Positions 27,832-36,349 of a stretch of DNA of 64,000 nucleotides are shown piece after piece. The number at the start of each line of letters is the position of its first letter. Positions within the stretch are counted from its first letter, which is position 1. The stretch is from Candidatus Latescibacterota bacterium. Its GTDB lineage: Bacteria > Latescibacterota > UBA2968. The position numbers and the translations under genes were made by a program. The DNA lies in the NCBI GenBank assembly GCA_965208125.1, contig OZ242320.1, forward strand, positions 4,992,001 through 5,056,000, written 5' to 3'. The notes beneath the pieces are model-generated. The model was not told the origin of the DNA. It did no database searches and saw only the letters and a list, made by a program, of their open reading frames with translations.

Positions 27832-28271
27832 TATAAATCAAAATGCACAGTGGCCTTCTGAACTTTTTCGCGTTCAACAATGGTTCTTTCACCCTGTAAC
27901 TCGACATCGAGATAATCAGCTTTGACCTGCAAAAGCGTTCCGACCACAACACCGAGGCCATCTACAACCAGGCGAAGTACTTTGCCAACCACCCGCTCAA
28001 AATCTCGGTCTGTCTTTAAGGGCCGCGTCAAGCCAGGAGATGAAACTTCGAGCAGATATGTGCCATCAATCGGATCGCGCGTATCCAACATATCTGCAAT
28101 ATCCCGACTGAGCGCGGCACATTCGTCAACTGTAATCCCATCAGGGCGATCGACAAAGATGCGTACGATTTGTCGTCTATGGCTGCCAGAAACCACTAAC
28201 TCAACCAACTCGACATCCCGACGATTGAGAAGCGGAAGAATCAGATGGGTCAGGGTGTCTTTGATAAGCAT
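27831..28271 (-). CDS. rimP: Ribosome maturation factor RimP
   Basis: 'GITVDEC..LSR.I...LD', 'Y.LEVSSPGL.RPL'. Confidence 0.96.
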   Translation of the reverse strand: MLIKDTLTHLILPLLNRRDVELVELVVSGSHRRQIVRIFVDRPDGITVDECAALSRDIADMLDTRDPIDGTYLLEVSSPGLTRPLKTDRDFERVVGKVLRLVVDGLGVVVGTLLQVKADYLDVELQGERTIVEREKVQKATVHFDL

Positions 28272-28327
28272 TGGGAACTCAAGACTGCCGCTTTTTTGGG
28301 GGCGGTTCTAACTACACCCATATACTC

Positions 28328-28352
28328 AAAAGAGTGGGCAGAAGCCCACTCT
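28328..28352 (-). promoter_or_regulatory. rimP leader hairpin (attenuator-like)
   Basis: AGAGTGGGC-TTCT-GCCCACTCT-TTT. The GAGTGGG/CCCACTC stem is a widely conserved element upstream of rimP-nusA-infB. Confidence 0.7.
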
Positions 28353-28366
28353 GTAATCAGAAGTTA

Positions 28367-28395
28367 AATATAGAAAATTATATAGTATAACGCAA
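28367..28395 (-). promoter_or_regulatory. Putative sigma70 promoter of the rimP operon
   Basis: TTGCGT-N17-TATATT on the minus strand, just upstream of the leader hairpin. Confidence 0.6.
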
Positions 28396-28398
28396 GTT

Positions 28399-28785
28399 TT
28401 ATTTCCCGGCATTCGATGTCTTATTCCCTTCTATCAGTTGCTTGAGTTCGACTAACATCCGCTGTAATTCAACGAGTGGATTTTCAATATCAGGCGTCGC
28501 AGCTTCAATACTCTGGTTTTCCCATAAACTGCGGTCTATCTTCAACCTTTCAACCGCCCCTCGAATCGTATATTTCTGGCCATAGAGCAAGTCCTTAATT
28601 GCCAAAATAACCTTAATATTTCGCTCTGTGTACGTGCGATTGCCCGACCGACCGCGCCTGGGATTCAGTTGAGAAAATTCCTTCTCCCAAAACCGCAGAA
28701 CATGAGATTCTACGCCGGTGAGTTCCGATACCTCGCGGATCGAATAATAGAGCTTTTTGATACCCGTTGAACGCATAACTATCAC
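28399..28785 (-). CDS. MerR-family HTH protein of the ihfA-linked/ZapT-like type
   Basis: 'YYSI.EVS.LTGV..HVLRFWEKEF..L.P.R...GNR.Y......I..I..LLY...YTI.GA...L'. Confidence 0.85.
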   Translation of the reverse strand: MIVMRSTGIKKLYYSIREVSELTGVESHVLRFWEKEFSQLNPRRGRSGNRTYTERNIKVILAIKDLLYGQKYTIRGAVERLKIDRSLWENQSIEAATPDIENPLVELQRMLVELKQLIEGNKTSNAGK

Positions 28786-30086
28786 TTCTTTTTAAATAAG
28801 ATGCGGATGGGTGTGCCAAAAAAGTCAAACGCCTGTCTGAGTCTGCGCTCTAAAAACCGGCGGTAGTGCACGGGAACATCTTTGGGTCGCCCGGTAAAAA
28901 AGAGAATGGTTGGCGGTGCACTGCGCGGCATAACACAGAAAGACATGCGAAAGGTCCGTCCATTTTTGGTAGGCGGAGCCGTTGTTGCATTGAGATGCGT
29001 CAAAAAGTCGTTCAAATCGCCCGTTGAAATGCGACGGCGACGTTTCAGTGCCACATCCAGAGCCAGATCAATAACGCGCCAGGCGCGTTGTCCCGTAAGT
29101 GCCGAGAAAAAAACAATGGGATAGTTTTCGAGATGTACAAAGCGCGAGCGGATTTGTTGAGCTGTTTTGTCGGCTGTATGGCCGTCTTTTTCAATCAAGT
29201 CCCATTTATTGATGCCTACGATCAGTCCCTTACCCAGTGCGATGGCGCGTTCTGAAATTTTGACATCCTGTACTGTACATCCTTCCACTGCATCAATCAA
29301 CACAATCGCCACATCGGATCGCTCAAGGCTTTCCACAGTACGGAGCGAACTGTAATAATCGACTTGCTCTTTGACGCGCGTCCTCCGTCTCAAACCCGCT
29401 GTGTCAACGAGAACAAATGGCCGTCCATTGCGGTCCATCGAGAGGTCAATCGCATCGCGCGTCGTACCCGGAATCTCGCTTACCACCACCCGTTCCCGCC
29501 CCAGCAGGCGGTTCACAAAGGTAGATTTGCCCATATTCGGGCGGCCCAATACCGCAATTCGAGGAGGCAATTCTTCTTGTGAGTCGCCTTCTTCTGCTGG
29601 CAAACATGTGAGGATTTCATCCAGTAAGTCACCCGATTGCCGTCCATTGATAGCAGAAACGCACAGCGGATCGCCAAGTGCGAGACCGTAAAAGGCCGTG
29701 CCATCGGCTTCGTTCTCATCTCTATCGACTTTGTTGACAATCAGCCGATAAGGCGCGCCCGAATCGCGGATCTTGCGCGCCATAATTGCGTCGTAATCCG
29801 TAGGACCAGTCACTGCATCTACCACAAAGAGCAACAGGTCTGCCTCCCTCAAAGCAAGCTCGACCTGCCGGGAAACCAGGTCGACAATTATTTCGTCTGA
29901 ATTGGGCACATATCCGCCCGTATCAACCAGCGTAAACGTTCTGCCATTCCAGGTACACTGGGCATAGTTGCGATCGCGCGTAACACCGGGAAAGTCATCT
30001 ACCACAGCTTTGCGCTCGCCAATCAGTCGATTAAAGAGCGTTGACTTGCCGACATTTGGCCGCCCCACAATCGCCACGACGCCCAT
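28782..30086 (-). CDS. der: Ribosome biogenesis GTPase Der
   Basis: Two G domains (GRPNVGKS/DTGG/NKVD and GRPNMGKS/DTAG/NKWD) and a KH-like tail 'F.GTPI'. Confidence 0.98.
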   Translation of the reverse strand: MGVVAIVGRPNVGKSTLFNRLIGERKAVVDDFPGVTRDRNYAQCTWNGRTFTLVDTGGYVPNSDEIIVDLVSRQVELALREADLLLFVVDAVTGPTDYDAIMARKIRDSGAPYRLIVNKVDRDENEADGTAFYGLALGDPLCVSAINGRQSGDLLDEILTCLPAEEGDSQEELPPRIAVLGRPNMGKSTFVNRLLGRERVVVSEIPGTTRDAIDLSMDRNGRPFVLVDTAGLRRRTRVKEQVDYYSSLRTVESLERSDVAIVLIDAVEGCTVQDVKISERAIALGKGLIVGINKWDLIEKDGHTADKTAQQIRSRFVHLENYPIVFFSALTGQRAWRVIDLALDVALKRRRRISTGDLNDFLTHLNATTAPPTKNGRTFRMSFCVMPRSAPPTILFFTGRPKDVPVHYRRFLERRLRQAFDFFGTPIRILFKKK

Positions 30087-30089
30087 TGC

Positions 30090-31514
30090 TTAATTCTCCA
30101 TCTGATGTGAGGAAATATACGGGTGCGACACAATTTCACTGCCAGCACCCACAGAAGCAGATATATCGTCAACGGCATTTTGAATGGTCTCCACCAGATC
30201 GTAAGTCCCCACAATGATCCGACAACCCACCTGTTGCTCCAGGTCTTCAAGCAAAAGATCATCTAAAAATAGACCATCGTGATTCAAGCAGTTGGGAGGT
30301 AATAGAACGGTCTCATCGCTTCTGACAGAGGCATCTGTAAGGGCGCAACCAATATCATTGCCCGATAGCAACCCAGAAACCGTTATACCTTCGCCAAGAA
30401 AGCGATTGACCACAGGTACAATGCGGGCATTAATCCAGGAAATACGGTTCAAACGTTTGACCATTGCATCTAAAAAATGCGTGCCCAACATACCCGTTAT
30501 AAGAACAAAACGCTGCGGCGGTAATGCTAAATTTTCGAGATCCTCAATCCGATTTTCAAATCCATCGACAAAGCGGCGAACCATGCCAATTCCATTTTCG
30601 ACGAGCGGAAACCCATCGTATTCAGATTGCGGAGGCACAGATTTGTCCGTCAGCAAATACATTTCATCACCCAAATACACAAAGCGCGTACCCAGACGCT
30701 TTTTTAGCATATCCTGCCACGCTGTTACCTGGCGAATTGCCATGGCTGCATCGGCTCGCGTCACGCGGTTCAAGCTGGGAAGATTTTTGCGAAACTTTGT
30801 CAGGCCCAGTGGCACAACGCCCACGGATTCAACGCACGGATGACGCGCAGCAAGATCAAAAACCGTCTGTTTAAGTGCCTGACCATCGTTGATACCCGGG
30901 CACAAGACCACTTGCGCGTGCATCTGAATCCCATGCTGGGCTAAGATATCGATTCTATCCAAAACAGGTGTTGCCCGCCTGCGACCGAGCAACTCGGCTC
31001 GCAATTTGGGATCTGTTGCGTGAACCGAAATGTACATTGGACTCAATTTTTGGTCAATAATGCGCTGAAATTCATCCTCAGATAGGTTAGTCAGCGTGAC
31101 ATAAGCCCCGTGCAGAAAAGACAATCGATAGTCGTCATCCTGGTAATACAGGGTTTTACGCAGACCTTTGGGCATCTGATGCAAAAAGCAAAAAACGCAC
31201 TTATTATCGCATTTGAGAATGGGCATATCTTCAAAATCCACGCCCAGATCATCTTCAATATCTTTTTCAATCTCAAATAAAAATCGATCCTCTCCTCGCC
31301 GCACTAAGGCCGACACGTCTTCTTCACCCATGTGAAAACGGTAATCAATGGGATCGCGCACGGGATGTCCATTGATCGTTTCTACGACATCGCCGCGCCG
31401 CAACCCAATAGCTTCCCCAATTCCATCGGGATGTACCAGACGGATTTGCAAACCGGACTCAACGCGTTCAACACTGCGCCGGCCCTCGACCTGTGCCCCT
31501 TTTATAACATCCAT
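30090..31514 (-). CDS. DUF512 radical-SAM-like protein with N-terminal PDZ domain
   Basis: PDZ 'GL..GD....ING....D.IDY'; CxxxCxxC 'CDNKCVFC'; 'DDDYRLSFLHG.Y.TLTN'. Start uncertain (31514 or 31556). Confidence 0.9.
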   Translation of the reverse strand: MDVIKGAQVEGRRSVERVESGLQIRLVHPDGIGEAIGLRRGDVVETINGHPVRDPIDYRFHMGEEDVSALVRRGEDRFLFEIEKDIEDDLGVDFEDMPILKCDNKCVFCFLHQMPKGLRKTLYYQDDDYRLSFLHGAYVTLTNLSEDEFQRIIDQKLSPMYISVHATDPKLRAELLGRRRATPVLDRIDILAQHGIQMHAQVVLCPGINDGQALKQTVFDLAARHPCVESVGVVPLGLTKFRKNLPSLNRVTRADAAMAIRQVTAWQDMLKKRLGTRFVYLGDEMYLLTDKSVPPQSEYDGFPLVENGIGMVRRFVDGFENRIEDLENLALPPQRFVLITGMLGTHFLDAMVKRLNRISWINARIVPVVNRFLGEGITVSGLLSGNDIGCALTDASVRSDETVLLPPNCLNHDGLFLDDLLLEDLEQQVGCRIIVGTYDLVETIQNAVDDISASVGAGSEIVSHPYISSHQMEN

Positions 31515-31585
31515 TTCAATTCCAGTAATTGATTGCCCGACAATACAATATTTCAATAACTTATAAGTATTTCTGAATCGATAAA

Positions 31586-31614
31586 AACTTACGATAAAGA
31601 AAAAATAAGGTCAA
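31586..31614 (-). promoter_or_regulatory. Putative promoter of the DUF512-der operon
   Basis: TTGACC-N17-TAAGTT on the minus strand. Confidence 0.5.
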
Positions 31615-31783
31615 GGGAAAAGCCGACTTCCCGCAACCCACGCTTTTAATATCTGACAAGTTCAGAATATCTCTTTATCTTAGATGCTGTCAAAATACAA
31701 AAAATATTCTCCAGTCAACAAGAGCGGTTATCCCTTGTATGAAGACCTGGATAGATAAATCACTTTTGAGGAGAACATAGCCT

Positions 31784-32476
31784 ATGCCCGCCCCCCCACG
31801 CATCTCGGTTATTATTCCGGTTTTTAACGAGCAGGATGCCATAGAAAAAGTAATTGGCGATATTCCCAGTTATTTACCCACCGAAATCATCGTCGTCGAT
31901 AATGGGTCAACCGACCAAACTGCAAAATTAGCTGCAGCAATGGGCGCACGTATTATTCGAGAAAATCGCCGCGGGTACGGTTCTGCCTGTCTCGCGGGTA
32001 TAGCTGCAACCAATGAGCCTGATATCGTTGTCTTTCTCGATGGCGACTACAGCGATCATCCCAACGAAATGCCAGATCTGATTGCACCCATCCTGGAAAA
32101 TCGCGCTGACCTCGTGATTGGCTCGCGCGTTCAGGGCAATAGCGAACCCGGTGCGCTGATGATTCAGGCGCGCCTTGGCAACCGTCTGGCTACCAGCCTT
32201 ATCAAAATCCTCTTTGGCGTATCCTATACAGACCTGGGACCTTTTCGGGCGATTCGCTATCTGGCGCTCTTGAACTTAAATATGCGGGATAAAACTTTTG
32301 GGTGGACAGTAGAAATGCAGGTCAAAGCAGCAAAACAGGCGTTAAAAATACAAGAAGTGCCAGTAAGTTATAGAAAACGCATCGGCGTTTCCAAAATTAC
32401 CGGCACTCTAAAAGGCACCCTCAAGGCAGGATGGAAAATTTTATTTACGATTTTTAAGTACTGGTTTACAAGGTGA
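31784..32476 (+). CDS. Glycosyltransferase family 2 (polyprenol-phosphate glycosyltransferase-like)
   Basis: 'ISVIIP.FNE', 'VVDNGSTD', DxD motif 'FLDGD', 'TDLGPFRAI'. Confidence 0.93.
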   Translation: MPAPPRISVIIPVFNEQDAIEKVIGDIPSYLPTEIIVVDNGSTDQTAKLAAAMGARIIRENRRGYGSACLAGIAATNEPDIVVFLDGDYSDHPNEMPDLIAPILENRADLVIGSRVQGNSEPGALMIQARLGNRLATSLIKILFGVSYTDLGPFRAIRYLALLNLNMRDKTFGWTVEMQVKAAKQALKIQEVPVSYRKRIGVSKITGTLKGTLKAGWKILFTIFKYWFTR

Positions 32477-32495
32477 TATGTGAGAGGGGTCCCTC

Positions 32496-32792
32496 TCATT
32501 TTTTTGCGCTATCTATATGCTGCTCCAAACGTCTGAGTGCTTCATCGACGCGAATGTGGTCTTCTCTGCGCCGAGTGCGTTGACGCACAATTTGATTGGC
32601 AATATCAAATGCAGCCATCAGTGCAATCCGGGTGGTATCACCCGTATTTTCGGTCTCGGAAATCTGGTGCATCTTTTGATTGACAAAATTTGAAATTTTA
32701 GAGGTATATTCCTTCGATTCCTCACTGCTGAGTACATACTCAGAGCCAAAGATCGTCACTTTCGTCTTATGTAAATCATCAGAATGCGACAT
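32496..32792 (-). CDS. zapA: Cell division protein ZapA
   Basis: 'V.IFGSEY.L.......Y...I...V..KM..I', 'RIALMAA..IA', C-terminal coiled coil. Confidence 0.85.
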   Translation of the reverse strand: MSHSDDLHKTKVTIFGSEYVLSSEESKEYTSKISNFVNQKMHQISETENTGDTTRIALMAAFDIANQIVRQRTRRREDHIRVDEALRRLEQHIDSAKK

Positions 32793-32877
32793 AATATAAT
32801 CAGCTTTCAGCGATTAGCGGAATGGTGTACAACTGGTTCAGGCCAGTTCATCAGCAGTCAGCAAAACAAGCAGTATA

Positions 32878-33129
32878 TCACGGCTTTGCCACAAGGTCCA
32901 TGCGAACCACGCCATCAGTTGCGGGCACTTCCAATTCCACGATCCATCCTTTGACGGCCTCATCTCTCACAACAATTTCTTTGGCTTCTTTTGAAAGGAT
33001 TTTGGCATCTTCTGATACGCGCGCCAGCGCGTGACACTTGTCATCATCCACACAGAAATAACGCTGAATCCGCGCTTCGGGCATTCCTCCAAGTCTGGGA
33101 CATTCGGCTTCGTGTTTTTCTACGCTCAT
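32878..33129 (-). CDS. Hypothetical protein (83 aa)
   Basis: Co-oriented ORF filling the gap between nadD and zapA; no recognised motif. Confidence 0.5.
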   Translation of the reverse strand: MSVEKHEAECPRLGGMPEARIQRYFCVDDDKCHALARVSEDAKILSKEAKEIVVRDEAVKGWIVELEVPATDGVVRMDLVAKP

Positions 33130-33169
33130 AACAAAACCCGTCAAAAGTTGTGGGTTCTCGTTTCTACTT

Positions 33170-33751
33170 CTAAAGATATAACCCCTGGGTTCTAATATAA
33201 TCTACGACAGCATCGGGAACCAAAAAAGAAATCGGTCTTCTGGTGCGCACGCGTTCCCTAATCGCCGTTGATGAAATATCCAGCAGAGGCGTTTCAACAA
33301 ACTGCATCCTGGATTGGAAAGCTGGATCAACGCGCTCTCGCTCAAAACCCGGACGTTCAGCTACGAGCACATGAGCCAGATCCAACACGCCTTCTGGATT
33401 GAACCAGTCGCCCATTTCAACGGCATTATCAGCGCCAATGATCAAGAATATCTTTGGTTTCTCGCTCATATTCCGACGCAAGTGACGCAAGGTATCAATC
33501 GTATAGGATTTCCCGGGGCGCGACAATTCAAATCGACTCAGCTCAAATCCCGGATAATCGCGCACGGCCAGGCTGACCATCATCGCGCGGTCTTCAGCCG
33601 AAGCCATAGTGCGTTTGAGCGGCGGATCCCCCGACGGCATAAAAACAACCCGATTGAGCGCACATTGGAGCATAATTTCTTGCCCGATAATTAAATGCCC
33701 AATGTGAATGGGATCAAATGTCCCGCCAAAAATACCAACGCGCTTTGTCAT
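33170..33751 (-). CDS. nadD: Nicotinate-nucleotide adenylyltransferase
   Basis: 'GIFGGTFDPIHIGHL', 'SYTIDTL', 'IIGAD', 'ISSTAIR'. Confidence 0.96.
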   Translation of the reverse strand: MTKRVGIFGGTFDPIHIGHLIIGQEIMLQCALNRVVFMPSGDPPLKRTMASAEDRAMMVSLAVRDYPGFELSRFELSRPGKSYTIDTLRHLRRNMSEKPKIFLIIGADNAVEMGDWFNPEGVLDLAHVLVAERPGFERERVDPAFQSRMQFVETPLLDISSTAIRERVRTRRPISFLVPDAVVDYIRTQGLYL

Positions 33752-33752
33752 C

Positions 33753-34526
33753 CTAAGGTTTTTCAACGCGCAATTTGGACTGCGCTTTTTTTATTTTTTC
33801 CATCTCTTCAATGACTTTTGCTTTCAACTTCTCGGACAAGTTCTGCCCTATCAGCAATGTAAGCTCATTGAGCGCCTCATCAAGTGCCCCGGTCTTAAAA
33901 TTGACCTGTGCAATAATAAAGCGCGCCTCCAAAGCAGACTCTGTATCGGGATATTCCTTCAATACGCCTTTAGCGTAGAGTTTGGCCGAGGTATAATATT
34001 TCCACAGAATATAATCGTATGCAATCATGATTTCCTTGCGGGCCAGTTGATTGCGCAACGCTTTAATTTTTCCCTCTGCCTGAGATACGAGATCGCTTTG
34101 TGGATAGTCTTCGATAAACCGCGCAAATTCTCGAATCGCCTTGTGCGTTTCATCCTGGTCGTGATGAATATCGCGTGCATCCTGATAATAACACTCGCCA
34201 ATCTGGAACCGCGCTTCGGCGGCATAAGGACTCACGGGATATTCGTTGAGCAGGCGTTCGTATTCGAAAATAGCTGTCACATAATCTTTTTGACACTGAA
34301 AAGCTTTGCCCAATCCAAACTGTGCTTCATCTGACAAATGAGATCCGGGAAAATCCGATAGCATATTTCTAAACAACAACTCTGCGTCGTAGCACTTTTT
34401 ATTATCGAGTGCTTCTTGCGCGTCTTTGTAATAAACCTCTGGGCTCAATCGTCGATATTTTTTTTGTGCACACCCCAAATCCAACACCATCAGACACGCA
34501 CAACAGATATATAAAAATCGTCTCAT
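33753..34526 (-). CDS. bamD: Outer membrane protein assembly factor BamD
   Basis: Lipobox LGC; TPRs with 'FPGS', 'YP.S', 'DQ..T..AI..F..FI..YP.S', 'LA.KE..IA..Y'. Confidence 0.9.
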   Translation of the reverse strand: MRRFLYICCACLMVLDLGCAQKKYRRLSPEVYYKDAQEALDNKKCYDAELLFRNMLSDFPGSHLSDEAQFGLGKAFQCQKDYVTAIFEYERLLNEYPVSPYAAEARFQIGECYYQDARDIHHDQDETHKAIREFARFIEDYPQSDLVSQAEGKIKALRNQLARKEIMIAYDYILWKYYTSAKLYAKGVLKEYPDTESALEARFIIAQVNFKTGALDEALNELTLLIGQNLSEKLKAKVIEEMEKIKKAQSKLRVEKP

Positions 34527-34679
34527 AATCCGCCAATCTGCATAATTCAAAGAATCGTTAACATATCGTCCTGTCTGATAAACGATGCAGATTATGTAAT
34601 GTTCCCCAGTTTCTAAAATAAAAAGGGCGCGTTTTTCCCGCGCTTCGTCTCAAAATCCTCAAACATATAAGACTTTCAC

Positions 34680-34708
34680 AACATAAGCAAACCCACCTAT
34701 CAAGTCAA
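34680..34708 (-). promoter_or_regulatory. Putative promoter of bamD-nadD
   Basis: TTGACT-N17-TATGTT on the minus strand. Confidence 0.5.
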
Positions 34709-34863
34709 GAATGACGCACGCACAAGTAGTAGAAAAAAGAAAAAAGACAGCTGTAAATACAATGCCCCTTTTTGCTCAAACGGAGCTTTCGGTCAAAAAC
34801 GACAAAGCCCATGAAAAATCTATGGGATTTTTTAATAGATTTTCAGGTCATATTGGTATTATA

Positions 34864-34892
34864 TTGGGCGATATATATGTTATTGGTATAAT
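34864..34892 (+). promoter_or_regulatory. Putative promoter of rbsK
   Basis: TTGGGC-N17-TATAAT with an extended -10 TG. Confidence 0.5.
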
Positions 34893-34909
34893 ATTTTGAG
34901 AGGTTCTCC

Positions 34910-35824
34910 ATGTCTCGCGTCCTCGTCATCGGGAGTTCCAACACCGATCTGGTTATTCGCGCCAATAAATTGCCATCGCCGGGTGAAACAGTGCTCGGCG
35001 GCGCGTTTTTTACCGCAGCAGGTGGCAAAGGCGCCAACCAGGCCGTTGCTGCAGCTCGCGCAGGAGCGCAGGTCACATTTATAGCGCGTACGGGTAGCGA
35101 TGATTTTGGCGCGCAAGCGCTATCGGCCTTCCAACGCGAAGGGATCGACACCCGATGGATTGTGTCCGATCCCCATTTACCATCAGGCGTTGCATTTATC
35201 CTCGTTGATGAGCACGGAGAAAACAGCATTGTGGTTGCTTCAGGCGCAAATGCAGCCCTGTTGTCCGATCAAATCCAGGATCAGGTCTATAAAAACGCAG
35301 AAATATGCTTGCTTCAACTCGAAATCCCGATTGAAACCGTCATCCATGCCGCATATCTATCGACAAAAAACAAAACCCGCGTCGTACTCAATCCAGCACC
35401 AGCAGCAGACCTGCCAGAAGAAATCTGGCCTCATCTATTTCTCATTACGCCCAATCAAACCGAGGCCGAACACCTCACGGGCATCCCTCCCAATAGCCCC
35501 CAAAATATAGCAAAAGCAGCCGCGAAACTCCTCCAAAAAGGTGCTCAAAACGCCATTATCACTCTGGGAGCACAAGGCGCGTTTTTGGCGACGCCAGATC
35601 AAACTTTACACATACCGGCTTTTAAAGCCACAGCAATAGATACCACAGGTGCCGGTGATGCCTTCAATGGCGCGCTGTCCTGCGCTTTAAGCGAAAACCA
35701 ATCCTTTGAAACCGCCATCCGCTTTGCGTGTGCTGCTGGCGCTCTCACCGTCGGCAAAGCAAGTGCCCAACCCGCGATTCCCACAAGAGATGAAATCGAC
35801 GTGCTGTTGACGAATCTCCCTTGA
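34910..35824 (+). CDS. rbsK: Ribokinase
   Basis: 'GSSNTDL', 'GGKGANQAVAAAR', 'LLQLEIP', 'NPAPA', PfkB motif 'DTTGAGDAFNG'. Confidence 0.95.
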   Translation: MSRVLVIGSSNTDLVIRANKLPSPGETVLGGAFFTAAGGKGANQAVAAARAGAQVTFIARTGSDDFGAQALSAFQREGIDTRWIVSDPHLPSGVAFILVDEHGENSIVVASGANAALLSDQIQDQVYKNAEICLLQLEIPIETVIHAAYLSTKNKTRVVLNPAPAADLPEEIWPHLFLITPNQTEAEHLTGIPPNSPQNIAKAAAKLLQKGAQNAIITLGAQGAFLATPDQTLHIPAFKATAIDTTGAGDAFNGALSCALSENQSFETAIRFACAAGALTVGKASAQPAIPTRDEIDVLLTNLP

Positions 35825-35849
35825 CGTCATCTCCACCTTGTCCTATATT
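35821..35849 (+). promoter_or_regulatory. Near-consensus sigma70 promoter of a small coiled-coil gene
   Basis: TTGACG-N17-TATATT. Confidence 0.6.
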
Positions 35850-35916
35850 CCTATTCCCTTTCCCAGACTCCCACCCCCTCTCCCCTGATGCCATCCCGTA
35901 TCAGAAAGGAAATCTA

Positions 35917-36093
35917 ATGGGTTTGAGGAAGGCGAACGCGATCAGGCTCGATTTCGATGACCTCGTCAAAGAACTCGACGATTTCGAGCAAGACATTAGA
36001 ACCCTTCAGGACCGTATAGACCAACTCATCACCAACGCGCGACAAAAACCAATCAAAGCCGTTACGAGCGAAGGCGATATGGGCACGACCTGA
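35917..36093 (+). CDS. Small coiled-coil protein (58 aa), function unknown
   Basis: AAAGGA RBS plus ATG; heptad pattern 'LDFDDLVKELDDFEQDIRTLQDRIDQL'; has its own promoter and terminator. Confidence 0.65.
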   Translation: MGLRKANAIRLDFDDLVKELDDFEQDIRTLQDRIDQLITNARQKPIKAVTSEGDMGTT

Positions 36094-36104
36094 ACACACA
36101 AATA

Positions 36105-36140
36105 AACAGGCGGGAAAATTCCCCGCCTGTTATTTTTTTT
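36105..36140 (+). terminator. Intrinsic terminator
   Basis: AACAGGCGGG...CCCGCCTGTT followed by T8. Confidence 0.85.
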
Positions 36141-36144
36141 CGCA

Positions 36145-36339
36145 ATGTTCTACACCACCATATTTGCCATCGTCCTCATCATAGTTATACTGACCAAATA
36201 TCTCTACAAACCCGTTGAACGCTGTCCCGAATGCAACACGCCGCGCGAATCCGATCATCCGATATGCCCGTGTGGCTATGTTTTTGAATTTCCCGACGAT
36301 GACGATCCCCTCGAATACGGTGACCCTGAAGATCAGTAA
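36145..36339 (+). CDS. Small membrane-anchored zinc-ribbon protein (64 aa)
   Basis: N-terminal TM helix, then CPEC...CPCGY.F and an acidic tail. Confidence 0.6.
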   Translation: MFYTTIFAIVLIIVILTKYLYKPVERCPECNTPRESDHPICPCGYVFEFPDDDDPLEYGDPEDQ

Positions 36340-36349
36340 AGGATTCCCC

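Noticed and set aside
28272-28398. tRNA upstream of rimP
   Set aside because: No cloverleaf or T-loop GTTC motif in a tRNA context; only a promoter and leader hairpins are present.
32477-32495. 6S RNA downstream of zapA
   Set aside because: Only 19 bp separate zapA from the convergent GT2 gene.
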